DNA from: Trichoplax adhaerens
Taxonomy: Eukaryota; Animalia; Placozoa
DNA: 64,000 nucleotides
Direction: 5' to 3'
Assembly: GCF_000150275.1 (NCBI RefSeq)
Contig: NW_002060947.1
Coordinates: 8,340,043 to 8,404,042, forward strand
The notes below the pieces were generated by a model. The model saw nothing but the letters and a program-made list of their open reading frames with translations. It did not search any database and was not told the origin of the DNA. Position numbers and translations under genes: made by a program. Below, in pieces: positions 31,722 through 45,167 of the stretch (the stretch's first letter is position 1; each line of letters starts with the position of its first letter).

Positions 31722-34065
31722 GTGATAATGAATACCAAGGATATCCGTTATGATCATAATGGCCCGTCATTATTCATAGAAATTGTTATAAGCAACAAGA
31801 TACTCGATGATATCATAGATTAATTTTTTGACTGTAAGGATTATCTACTGTGATGCATGTTAAAATAAATTATGGTTTGCTTCGGAAGAACTTATACAAA
31901 ACAGTTTAACAAGGTGTTATAAAGTGTAATCAAATAATAAAAAATAAGAACTACAGTTTCTTGCAAGCTACAATTTATTTATCATAAATTTGGCTCGTCT
32001 TATAACTTCTAAAGACTATCTAGACGTAATCAGACTACGTAAATTATCACAATAAAATTGATCATTGATATACAATTACTTACAGAATGATTTACAATTT
32101 TAATCTTGAACTAATTTGAGGCTGCTTTACATGTGATTATTCATAGACATCTTATCTGGGAATTATTATTAATTAAGGTTAATTAATGATCTTATCTATG
32201 ATGTATTTTAGATTTGTATATAGATAATTGCAAAATTTGATAGAGCTATCTAAGTGATGATAAGAAATTGATGTATACGTTGAAAATTAGTGTGTTTCCT
32301 TCAATAAAATTGTGCTTTGACTTAGAATAAACTTATCGATAAGATTGCGAAATTCTGGTAAGCGTCTAGTGACTGGAGAAGAGCTAACTTATGTAATGAA
32401 GTGAAGATAAACAAAATCTGGAAGTCTTGTACTAATTTTAAAATACTTTCTGTTTCTCTTAGTTATTTTGAAATAAAAAATATTAAACATCAAGATATTT
32501 CGATAATAAATCGTTAGTTGCTTTTATTAATTCCATTTTTATTAGCCAAATACGTGACCTACTATGAAAGAGCAAATTTGCAATGATTACAAACTTACAG
32601 TCGGAAGATCAGTCTAATATTATAATTTAATAAATGATCGTTGTAGAGCAATTAATTTAAAATAGAATGGCTGCTATTGTAGATTCGATTTTCCTCATCC
32701 GATATAACAATATTAAGAATATTGTAGAAAATTGTATAGTTTAGCATAATCATCATCAATATTATTGAGATCACATTGTCATGACTTGATTACTACTGAT
32801 TCATAAAGACATTAATTATTTAAATAGTTACATCTAGTGAGTCATAAACAGATTATAAATAAGGATCATAATCGAATTTACACATCAACGTGCAAGTTAG
32901 TGTGAAAAAATGTTATCTATGAGCTTAAAACAGAAATAATCAATTAAGTGATATCAAGATATTTATTAAATTGTATTTAGCTATCAGTTGTCCATTATAC
33001 ATTATAAGAGGTATAGAAACACAATAAAATGAAATTAAATGATTATTAACGAATAGATATTCATCATTGAATGTAAAATGTTCAACGTTTTGTTGTAGCC
33101 TATTAAATTCTATGAATTGAATAAGCCGCTTGCTATAAGTTTCATCGAAAAAAGGAAAAAATCTATCTTTTTTTAATTAGCATATGGTTTGCAAAGATAA
33201 ATTGTACTGCATATATTTAATCATGCATTGTGCAATTTTACTTGTAATTACTTCTATCCAGCAAATATACGAAATATTAATTAGTTCCAGAGGACATCTG
33301 CATTAAAGTAAATAGATGAAACATGAATACATTTTGTCATAGAAATATATGCATCCATTATTTAATTGAAATAATATGGACAAATTGACCATGACTGAAT
33401 ATAATGTATAGCTCTCATCGCGTTAATCATGCCAATTTTGATAGATAGCCAACTATCTCATTAGATAGGCAAACAGTAAAGATGCATTTACATTTGGTGA
33501 TATAACACCGATAAAAGGCAGAAGAGCTGAAGAGTATTAAAATATAAGTAGTCCATAATAACATATTTTAGAGACTACGAAGAGTTTTCTCTCGGAATAG
33601 TTTCTGTTGGATACTGAATAATGACCAGCAAGCGATCCGTAGTAGAATTAATCTCACTATCAGATAAATTTTTATATATCAGACAAAATATTTTTGTCTG
33701 CTCTACCTCGTACATCAACCTTATTCCTCAGATTAACAAAATATATTCAACTATGATTGGATAGTCATATAGCAGTTAAGGAATAGCGATGACTTTCCCA
33801 ATTTGTCTGATTTGCGTTTTAAAATGTATCTAATCAGGTAATCTCCGATTGTCCAACTGATGTATTTCAAAATCCCATTCATGCTTCTAACATGATATTC
33901 AATCTATCGATTCCAAGGTAATTTCATCATGTTTCATCCCATCTCCATGTGATCGCAAAACTATCCAGTACTTATGATTTGTCTAATGTCTTTCTTAGTC
34001 GAAAATTTCACCATGATATAATTATTTCTGTACAGTAGTTAGTATTGATAATTGAAAGAGAAAAT

Positions 34066-34590
34066 TTAAATAACTGGCAATACTATTCTTGAAGGTAGTC
34101 GACTATGTCGTAGCCAATCGACAACCATTCGGTACTTGTAATAGCTCAAACCATGAATTAGAACTTGTCTTTTCTCCCTCAAACCGGTAAGATTTTCACT
34201 ATCACTACATTCATCGTCTTGTTCTTCCGTCGTATTATTTTTAAGTGATTCTCGTTTTTGATATCGTGCTTTCACCCTTTTACGTACTGCCATTAAATCG
34301 ATACTACTTTCAGTATAGGAACGTTGTCGATTCCATGATTTCTCGCCAGCTTTTCGATTACTAGATGATCTCTCACTAATATTGGGTAGTCCAATAGACT
34401 GGCCTTTACAATCTGATGATTGCTGTATTAATTTCGTGCCAAAAGTGACACTTTTTTCAGATGATGATTGTATGGAAGTTTTTTTCTGCCTTGCTTTTAT
34501 TTGTCCACGATCAAAATTTGAGACAGATTCGCTACGATTTGGTGATCGTTCTGGTTTCTCTTGCGATCGTTCGGGATTAGATGCGTCCAT
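34066..34590 (-). CDS. Hypothetical 174-aa Ser/Lys/Arg/Glu-rich protein, single coding exon
   Basis: Stop-free 525-bp ORF, visibly GC-richer than its very AT-rich surroundings. ATG context is aagATGg; an in-frame upstream TAG and a splice acceptor (tttatag/G, 34640) lie 49 nt upstream. No family recognised. Confidence 0.6.
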   Translation of the reverse strand: MDASNPERSQEKPERSPNRSESVSNFDRGQIKARQKKTSIQSSSEKSVTFGTKLIQQSSDCKGQSIGLPNISERSSSNRKAGEKSWNRQRSYTESSIDLMAVRKRVKARYQKRESLKNNTTEEQDDECSDSENLTGLREKRQVLIHGLSYYKYRMVVDWLRHSRLPSRIVLPVI

Positions 34591-36971
34591 CTTTGGAGAG
34601 TACTTGGTAAAAGTGGATAAATACTAATTTTGGCTGCACCTATAAATAGTAGATGGGAATAAAATTACCAACGTAAATCTAATGATTAATTTATGGCATA
34701 GTTAATATCATTAACGTGGTCGATAAAAGTTTCTTATGGCAAAAATAGCAACCATGAAATGATTCATTATAGTTAATGTCGAATGATGCAAAGTAAGAAT
34801 AATGTGAATAGGAAATAATAGAATCGCTCTACCCACTTATTATGCTTGACTAGCGATCATTAGCAACCATGGGAAAAGATGAACTTTAGCTGATGTTTTA
34901 TCGAATGATAAAAAATAAAAATAGTAAATTCAGGAGATATAGAAAGGATAGAATTTCACCATTCAGTCGATAGGTTTAATCATCAAGATTATTATTAGCC
35001 ATAGGGCGCCAATTAATTTAAGCTTATCATTTAGAATTAATATTGGAATTTAAGAGTTTCAATTTGCCCATATTTACTCTCTAAACTATAAAATGATAAA
35101 TTATTGACAATTTTCTGCCTGTCTATGCAATCGATCATTAAACTTAAATGAAGAGAATGACGTAAAATAACATAATCCACTACCCACGCTTCATAGATCA
35201 CCAAACAACAGCGAGAATAATTTTAACCTTTTTACACTAAAAGAAACAATTGGGGGTTCCTATACTTTCTTATTTTTAACAGCATTAGTGATATAAAAGA
35301 CAATAAACAGGGATGATGTCAAGTCAAAAAATGGCTGATTTAACATTCTGGAGATACTTCCAAGAACAAGCCCAATTGTGAAGAAGCAGATTGGCTACGG
35401 GAGTGAATAAATGTCGATTGCACACTGGTATACACGTAAAAATTAAAATTTCAAAAGCAAAATTTCTGTAATCGTAAATATCATTCAATTCGCCAATAAC
35501 AAGAAAATTGAATTGAATAGAAAGATTTCCAAAAATAGAATTAAAACTATCGAGAAATAGGTAGATTTAGCTTACTGGATATGAAGCAATTGAAATAAAA
35601 CGGGAACCACATCCCTAACAATATTTCACGTTTGCCTTCCTACGCAGACTTGGATAAATCTTATTACCGGCTAAGTTAATGTATAATAGTAGCTAATAAA
35701 ATAATTTTAGAGCTAAAAATAAATTAACGTTATTAGTTTACAGCAACTAGTGAAGGGAGTAGCTCGCTTTGAAGATGGAAGGAAAATCCTATCCAAGTTA
35801 TATATCGGCTTATATAAACTATGTCTTCTGTACAGGCTATGCTATAAACAGGAGACTATCAATCGCTCATTTCAATTTAGTTTTCGGTACACGATGGAAA
35901 GAAAAATGTGAATAGAGTTTAAATCAATTTAAGATATATCGCTCCTTGCTCATTTAAACCATTTTATATTAACAAGATGATGTAGAATGAGTCCAACAAT
36001 AGCGTTGATGATTAAGCAATTTTTAGCCATAGTATGTTAATTTCATTATTCTTAAATGAAATTTATGTCCACCACTACTTCCCATGTAGACTTACTGAAT
36101 CATAACTGCTCATTTACCCGTTGTCTATAACTTAATTTAATTTGATTTAGCGACTATGGTAACAAATTGGATAGTTATTTCGTTACTCCAAGTAGTGATA
36201 GCGAAGAATAGAATTAGATTTAACTTGATCTCATCGACTACATCGTAGACTAGAGTATTTCCTTATTCAAATTTCACTTGTCAAAACTAACTTCTCGTGA
36301 CATAATCTGGTGTGGAAGGGTTATTCCAATCAATATCCTGCAAAAATAAAGACAAATTGAAGTAGTCTATTATTAAGTATTCACAGAAACCAACTAATTA
36401 CGGAAAAATGCTAACTTGGGCTTTTGATATTAAATTAACAAGGGTGGTAGTAGCATACGTCGTATGGTAAATCTTGAATTATTTAGCACTTGGATTGAAA
36501 AAAGTCGCTGATCTAAACAAATAATTCAAGTACTCAATCGATGATAACTTGTATTCTGGTTCGTTGTCCCACTCAAATTCTAATTTTTACATTCTTTTCG
36601 TACTAGTATGAGATCATTACTTTCCTATCCTTTCTGAGATATCAATAATTTAAACATCACAACGTAAGGAAAAGAATAATTTAGTTAAGTAACGATTGCT
36701 AAAAATCTGCAACGCATTATTGAAGATGACGAAATAATTAATTAATGAGAGCTATAGTTAATAAAGTCACGATAGTCTTCATTTCTTCTACTGTAGGAAA
36801 ATATAAAACTTCATTGATTAATATATCCAAAGAATGATTAGAAGATGTAAATGAAATTAGAGTTATAACTGGCAGTAACTACAATTCTAGTCTAATTCTA
36901 TTTGGCTACGTGGTAATAAGATTTTATATCTATCCACGCCAGCCCTGTTCAATTCAAATAATCTATAGTTA

Positions 36972-37394
36972 GCTTATATTAACTGTGTCTGTTGCACTTA
37001 GTGATTTACTATGAAAGACAGTAATCATATACAATACAGAAATTAATGATAATTGCCAAATCATTATGATCGTAAAGTTAATAAATACGTTTCATGATTA
37101 TTTAATCATGGTACTCCATGGTTGCAGAATATGAAGAAGAAAATAGATTGCAAGTCTAGAGCTCGAGCCTATCTTCAATTTTACAGTTTGCTTATATCAA
37201 CTTCGTCTGTTGTACTTAGTTATTTACTGTGTAAGACAGTAATCATATACAGTACTGAAGATTACTGATGATTGCCAAATCAATATGGTCGTTAATTTAA
37301 TGAATATGTTTTGAGATCACTTAACCATGGTACCACATGGTTGAAAAATAAAAGAAAAAAATAGATTGTAATTCTAGAGTTCAAGCCTATCTTC
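36972..37394. repeat. Diverged tandem duplication, two ~218-bp units
   Basis: gcttatattaactgtgtctgttgcacttag...aagacagtaatcatatac...ttgccaaatca...catggttg...aaatagattg...gcctatcttc at 36972 recurs colinearly from 37190. Confidence 0.9.
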
Positions 37395-40300
37395 GACTAG
37401 ATTTTTTCACTATCCGAGATATTATATCAACAGCATACGCAAATATCTGAGTTATCATGTTTATGTTTCGTAAAGTCGATCTTCAAGTGAGTACCCGTTC
37501 GGTATAAATTAATTAAAAGCTTAAAAATAAATTATCTTTTTAAATGTAGTGTCATCTAGATAATTCAGCCAACATCTTTCATTATTTCTATTAATTAATG
37601 CAATAAGACTAACATGCAACCATTCATTTTTGGGTATATATAAGATAAATTAACATTTACAAATGAAACTAAAATAACTTTTTCTAGCTTAGAATTGTAA
37701 GTTTCTAGAAAAAAGTAAATGGAATCTATTGAGTAGAATTTTATAATTGGGATCCTAAAGCGGCAAGAAATAGTCCCACAAGTGCTTTATGCTGCAAATT
37801 AAATATATCTACCATAAATCATGATAGAAATCGCACCAATAAATTACTTAACAACTATTCTAATGAAAAAGCTTTAAATTAATAAATCGATCAAAGTGAC
37901 CAGATGAAGAAATAAATTGATTTATTACTTTACTTCATTTTTAGAGACAGCCATTTGTTGACGATGTCGAAAAAATAACTTACCTTATATTATTCAGCTC
38001 ATTAATCATTTATTCTCGGCTAATTAGTAGTTGGCTTTAACTGGTAAGACGCCAATGAAAAAAAGAAAAAAATACACTCATTCCTTCATGGTGATGTCTT
38101 TATATATCATCCATCAAGGAAGAACAAAACTTAAATGTTATCGCTAGGTATAACTTGCTATTTCCGCACAATTTAATTTATTGTTGATTAAAAATAAAAC
38201 AACAATCTCACACTCCAAATAAGTAAAAATAGATTACAGACAAAGTCGAGAATTCAATTAATCTTTTTTACCTTCATTCTATAGGATCAAAACAGGTAAA
38301 AACCGTTAATAACAATGCCTTTTTCCTGTTCTTCTACCGAGACTAAATTATAATTTATAATAGTCTTTTTATCTTTGATATGCATAATTGCTATTATGAT
38401 TGATTTATCGACAACTTGATTTAGCCATTATTCAATGTTGATTATCTATTCTTATCTATTATTATGGAAATAATAATAAGATAATTATTTCGATCGCATA
38501 GATGATGAAGGTATGCGAAATAATTAGCAATTATCCTAGCAACAACAGCGACTCCATAATGGATTGGGTTCTAGTCGTTACGATATACAAAGCATGGAGA
38601 ATCTCAAGGCGTGGATCATTAATTCCATAGCATAATTATTGATTTAAGTGGGATATTATTTAACTTATGAGACGGGATAATATAGGAGCTATTTGATGAT
38701 AGGAAATACGGTAAGTAAATAACCGTCAACAGCCATCATCCTATTCATAAGATACTTTTATCTATGATGATAATTTACTATAATACGTTTACTATTCATG
38801 TAAGAACTACTATTTCCTACACTATAGCATTGATATAAGAGAAAATGATATATCGTTTAAATGCATTGCCTAAGCTTGTTGAGACGCTAATATTCTCTTC
38901 TGTGCTAATGTCCGGTGCTATTATTATTGCTGGCTTAAATTACAAGAATCTTTATAATAATTTTGTGGTTTAACCGACTTTCTTCTCCGTTAATTAATTG
39001 TTTGCAGATTAAAAAATAATAATATCCGCACCTGGTAGGGTTTGGATGATTATCAAATCATCCTTATACTTTGATCAGGTTTATTGAACTTCTATTATTT
39101 CTTCTCACATTTAGTATCCTTTCTTTTATTATTAGTTGGATAGATTGGCAGAAGTTTTATAATGGTCATGTAGTTTAATCCATTTTCTTCCCTATTAATT
39201 AACTATTTATTGATTAATAGCATGAAAAATAATTATATCTGCATTAGACAGAATCAATCAATGATTCGATATTCTTAAAGTAGGCTCTTATATCATAGAT
39301 TGAGCTAATAAATTACATTTCTCCCACCAAAACAGATACCCATGATATTTAATTTCAAATTGAATTATCCTCAATTTTGAAGTAATAATTATGAATTCGT
39401 TAAATATCGAGAAACATATTTCTTTATGGATTAAACTCTCATTTTATGCTATCAAATGGAATCATCGTGGCACAGCACTTTGTTGTCAATTTCTATATCT
39501 TAGTCTATGCGCAGATAAATGGGTGTTTTAAATAGGTATAATTTTATTGCAAATTATTAACTATGAAATAAGAAATAAAGATGCTTACTCGATCACAAAT
39601 CACATTAGTAAGATTATTGTCATCTATTACTACAAGTAGGTCAAGCTATTCTCTCAGTAATTGAAACAGAGGGTAAGGTTTCAAGTATAGATGTAAATAA
39701 ATGTGACAGCTGCTTCTCGTCTACAGTAAGCTCTTTAAAATATAAAGTATTTCTAATAAAAAGTTTTTTAAAGCAGAGATCTACTTGTCTTTATCGATTA
39801 ATTTATCTTTCGTTGTACCTATTTGGTCATTAGACTAAGTAAATGAAGTAATTTTCCAAAAATGGAATATGCAATAGCAGCTCTGTTATAAAAGTTGCAC
39901 AAAGGAATGAAACGTTGCATTCTTATCTTAAAATAGTCAGTTTAGGAGAGTCTGATAATAGCATACAAAGCTGGATTGTATAGATCTGTAATCTAGCTTC
40001 TACTACTAAGATTACTCATATATAATACTATAGCAGTTATATCAAAAATAAAATTTGAATAGGGTCTCTTAAGACAAAGAAATGAATAGGAATCTTGACT
40101 GTGGTCTAAACACTTTGAATAATGAAATAATTATGATAGATTATTTAAAAACAAAAATATAGATATAATTTTAGTAGATTGTTGTCCCCTGCTTATTAAT
40201 TCTCGTTAATTACTGTTTTAATAGCGAAATAGGGAGATCAAGGACTGGAATTTTGGACAATAAATGAGACGTTCAATTTTATTCTAAGTACTTCAAGACA

Positions 40301-43300
40301 TGCAAGGATTCCAATAAACAGTTCAATATTGAAATTGGTGGGTCTGTATCTACTAAATTACCTTCGATTTTATCGACAGAATAAATATCATATCAATAAT
40401 GTATAGTAGTCTATTCCATCGACGATTGAAATATTGAATAATATTGCCTGCCTATATTCAAATAAACATGATATTAGACTCTAGTCTACATGCTAACTAC
40501 CACGAAGTAATAATGAAAAATCGGTTAAAAGTGGATATGTATCTCTTCGTAAACAGAAAGACTCTTTAGTCTTTCTATAAATTTCTGATTATAACTCAAT
40601 TTGAATATTTTTATAAGTCGAAATTGCTGATAAGAAATAAATTGTATTAATCAGTTGTGCTATCCTGTTACATAATTTAATATCAATGGATATCTAATTT
40701 ATTTTGGGCAATAATATAATACCTGCATAAGCGTAAACATAATGTAACCGAGACTCTAATATAGGAACTGAGACGTGATTATTTTCATTGTATATTTTTA
40801 AATACTGCCCATAATAGGATTGTTTTAAAATAACCAAATGATTTATAAAGGGTTTAGGTAATAAGTTAAATTGAATGCTGTCCGAGACTATTTTAAAGTT
40901 TTCATGGTCCTCATTACCTATTATAAGATAGAATTTAGCTCTAAATAGCGGTGAGATACCGTTAAATTATAGCAATATCATTTACATTATAATATAGATT
41001 AGAATTCATAGCAGCCGCAAAATTTAACGCCATTTCTAAGTAGATTTACAAAGTATAGCTATACTTCGGTTTAGCATTCTGTTGGAAGTTACATGACTTT
41101 GGCTTGCAATATTCGAGTAGAAATTTTAATAGATCCTTTATGATCTAAGGTTACCCCATATGCCTTAGTAGTCTCGTAGAAATTCGAACCAGACAGGAAC
41201 ACATGGCATAGTCATGATATGTAATGAATTACAATGGAAATAGTTAATTAGTAATGATGCCTAATATAGGATATCTATTAGGGTTGCATTGGAAATGATA
41301 GGTAAAAGCATGTTATACTATTATTCTAAAGTAAAACGGTTTATTATTGATATAGAAGTATTTTATATATCCTACTAATATTTTAGAAATATTAAACTGC
41401 ATAATCGGACAGTAGTTATAAAGTGTAATAGAATTACTAAGTATATGAGAATATTAATTATGCTGTAACGGGCCCTATTTGAAAGAAACTGAATGCATAA
41501 TGAAGATTTTGAATTGTAACAGATTACATAATTATTAATGACATAAGAGTACATAATTTGCCTTAGTATTTCGCTAAAACAACGTTAATTAGCAATATAA
41601 TACATCGGTATAATTTGTAATAGATTGCTAATGAGATACAAATACACGGTAGACTTTTCGTATTTTGTAGGAAATAATTTAAATTTGGCAGAGAATATTG
41701 TTATGAAGAATTGTAATAGATGATTTATCAATATAGAATTAATGTATTAGCCTAGCCTTAGGCTGAAAAGCAAGAAAAATTAGGCGTGTAATGCCATTAT
41801 TTTATGAATAGATATAATAACCGATGAGATAAGAAATTAAAATGGTTTAGAATTTTATTAGAATGATTGAGAGAGTGGGAGTACAATATAATCATACTAG
41901 ACTGCATAATATTTATTAAGATGAATAGGGTGTTAATTTATTACCGGTAGTCAATTTTTTGCTTGCAGCTAACGATGACCGAATCATTGTTAACGGCTTT
42001 ACGTAGAAATAATAAACTCACAAGCCGAATTGATATATATTAAGGGGATTTCTATCTGAAATTGCCCTTTATACCGAGAGGAAGTTGAGTCTCTTAGGAT
42101 GTATTGACCTCCTACGAATTTTAAGTAAATAGTTATTTTAGTATGAAATTATTCATCATCCATGCTATTACTACAGAATGCAAGCGTCTAAATATTAATC
42201 TCAATTTAGGATGTTTTTTTCTTAATTTTATAAATTATATTTTAGCGGCTTGCTAGAGAAGCTGAGCACCTTAGTACTTTATTTAGAATATTAGCAGTAC
42301 TGCACTATTTTTATTACGTATTAGTGAAGCAATTATTTTAAATATGACGAATTATACAATTGACTTCTTCATTTCATATGCGAAAATTGCAAATTTTTGA
42401 TAGCCAAATACGAAATAACTATGTCATCAATTGTTTAGCTATGTTCTGTTATACTGAGATTAATAATAAATTAGAATACAGACGAATCAGTTCGATATTT
42501 AGAAGCATTGAAGTTGAAACTATATTAATCCCGACAGATAAGCAATTAATAGTAATACCAATTAATTACATCAGCTATTATATTTCTAAACGATATCAGA
42601 CACAAAAGATGAACGGTATAATTTAGTAGTATAACTATTCAAGCTGACCCTAAGAATGCAATAAGTATCCCAGATAATTTACTCCTGGTGAACATATCGC
42701 ACTAATTTATAAATTTTATTGATTTAAAATGGAATAATGACATAATAACTACTGTAGATAAATACGTTGAAAGAATTTTTAGCACCAAAATTATAAATTT
42801 TTATTGACTAAAAGATAGTGAAATGTGAACTATCTGCATCATCATTATTATACTGTGATAATATTTGATTGATATTTGTATCCGTAAACAAGTTCTATAA
42901 AGTGAACTATCAATAAATATTTTGCTATCAATAAAAATCTGCCATGATTGCCAATTACGTAAAAGTAGGCTATGAATAAGTATTTTGATACGGATAAAAA
43001 TATCTACTGTGATGGCCAATTTCACAAATGGATACGTTACAGGCTAATAAACGAAATAGATAAGATTGGCCAACGTAAGGTAGATAGATACTCTTATTTC
43101 AGCATTTAAATCATTATCTATGCATCCTGTTGACCTTTGAATCAATCTCAGTATTCCACTATCAAGGCCGGGTAGAATTATGACGCTAAAATTAGAATAG
43201 CCTACTTCATTTCTTGTATGGAATATCTTAACAAATAAGCCGTTAAGGTAGCTCGTGCAATTGGTTTACTAAGAGAAATTACACCCAAGGATCAATTTCG

Positions 43301-45167
43301 TGCCTTGAATCGTATTGCACAATTGCACAAATCTCATCCACTCGTACTGTAATACCTAACTAGTATTCTAAATTCAAGACAGGCTATGACTACAGTGTTA
43401 TTTCTTATTATAGAATGCATTAGCAAATTTCTTTGAGTCTATTTTTATTTTATAAATAGCTCTCGTTACGAAAATCTATATAAACAAAGAATAATTTCAG
43501 CTCTATGAATATCATACAAATCTTGCTAATATAAAGAGCCCGTTCTATTACAATAAACATAATTATTCTAAAATCTAACTAAGGCCATAATGAACGTATT
43601 GTCTTCGGTTATGAAATCTTCTGGTAATTTCATACTGTAACTATTAATGATTTAATTAAAACTTCGTAATAGGGTAAAAAAATGACCATTCTCATCACTC
43701 TGAGATGCCATCGATTATTGTATGAAGGATGATTTTTGCTAGAATCTATTTTATAACATTTAGCATGAACGGTAGACTAATATTCGCATCAGTTTCATGA
43801 TAATTATATTCATTCAGTTGCGCCTCGATAAGCATGTTTATTTTTATCATAGTTTAGTTTCTATACAAATGCAAGTTACTGAAATAAAATAGCACTTAAA
43901 ATTGGACCGTTTGAATAGTATCTATGTAAAATAATAATTGTTTAAAAGGTGAGGGCCTAAGCCATAGCGAATTAAGAGTACGGTAAGTAATTCTATCAAG
44001 ATTGTTGAGATTTTATTCGTATTAAGAGAAAAGTTTATTTAGAAATATATAATTATATCATTAATTTGATAATTAATCAGTACGTGTTTGCTATAACTTT
44101 TGTGTATCATAACGTAAAATGTCCATATAATTATAACTTGTAACAAACTTTTGATCAAAAAAGATCGGCTTAGCTCGATACTTTTCTAACGCATGTATTC
44201 TGTAAAGCTATTGAAAATATATTGAGGTGTATTCTCAAACTTAAATTTGATTATTATTGATAGAATGTAAAAATACATTAATAAAAATCAGAATTTTATA
44301 TTTAGAGGGCTTCTATTAGTTTTGAAATATACAAAGGCAGATAGTAGATCATATTATGTTACGCTAAGATTTCATCGATCGTCTCGTACAATAGGCTTCT
44401 TGATAACTGAATTTTCTAGTTAATAATAAAGAATTTCTCCATATACTTATTATTAGAAATATATATGGGCAAGTCATTGGCATGATAAAAATCCCTAATC
44501 TTGTTTGAAGAAATAAATATCCGGATTACGATAATATTATACTTTGAAATCGCTATTCTTAAAAAACAATAAATTTTCAAGATGTTTTAACAATGAAGAG
44601 AAAAACAACTTCAAATAGGAAACTCTTATATCGACAAGGCGATTCCGTAAAGAAAAGTCCCTATATGATATTTACACATGCCGTCAATGAAAATTGTATG
44701 TATTAAAAGAAATCTCCTATATCATGATTGTTATTAGGTATAATAGATTTCATTGTTTTATCAATTGTAGAAATATGAATAACGTTAAAATATGCAAGTT
44801 TTACAAAACTATCTTTGCTTCAATAAATGGTGAACGTAGGATATAGGGAATATGTTTAGCTGTAATACTTTATAGCTTTTAAATTTACATTATTTTATAA
44901 TTTTTCTAAACAGATAAGGTAGTTCTCAAGAAGAGTCAAGAAATTGTTCGTTGTTATGTAGTCTATTCAATGATAATATTTTGCTGTTTCTTGGGGGAGT
45001 CAACTGTCATGAGACACCTTCACCTAAAATTTATACAAATGCAAGGTCATTCTAAGAAATGATTAATGCGTATACAGATAAAGATAGCTGTATAAGATTT
45101 AATTAGAATAATACGTTTAAGAGTAATTATAGTTTAAGACAGAAACGTTCCATTACCGGCAATTAGT

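Noticed and set aside
41051-41066. Perfect 16-bp palindrome aagtatagctatactt and weak ~100-bp periodic ttgtaa(c/t)agat words at 41510-41725
   Set aside because: Both are isolated and AT-rich, and compatible with chance in 64 kb.
38640-43990. Two plus-strand ACG/GTAAGT donors (~38710, ~43982) as micro-exons of a hidden gene
   Set aside because: No start, downstream exon or coherent reading frame could be assembled.
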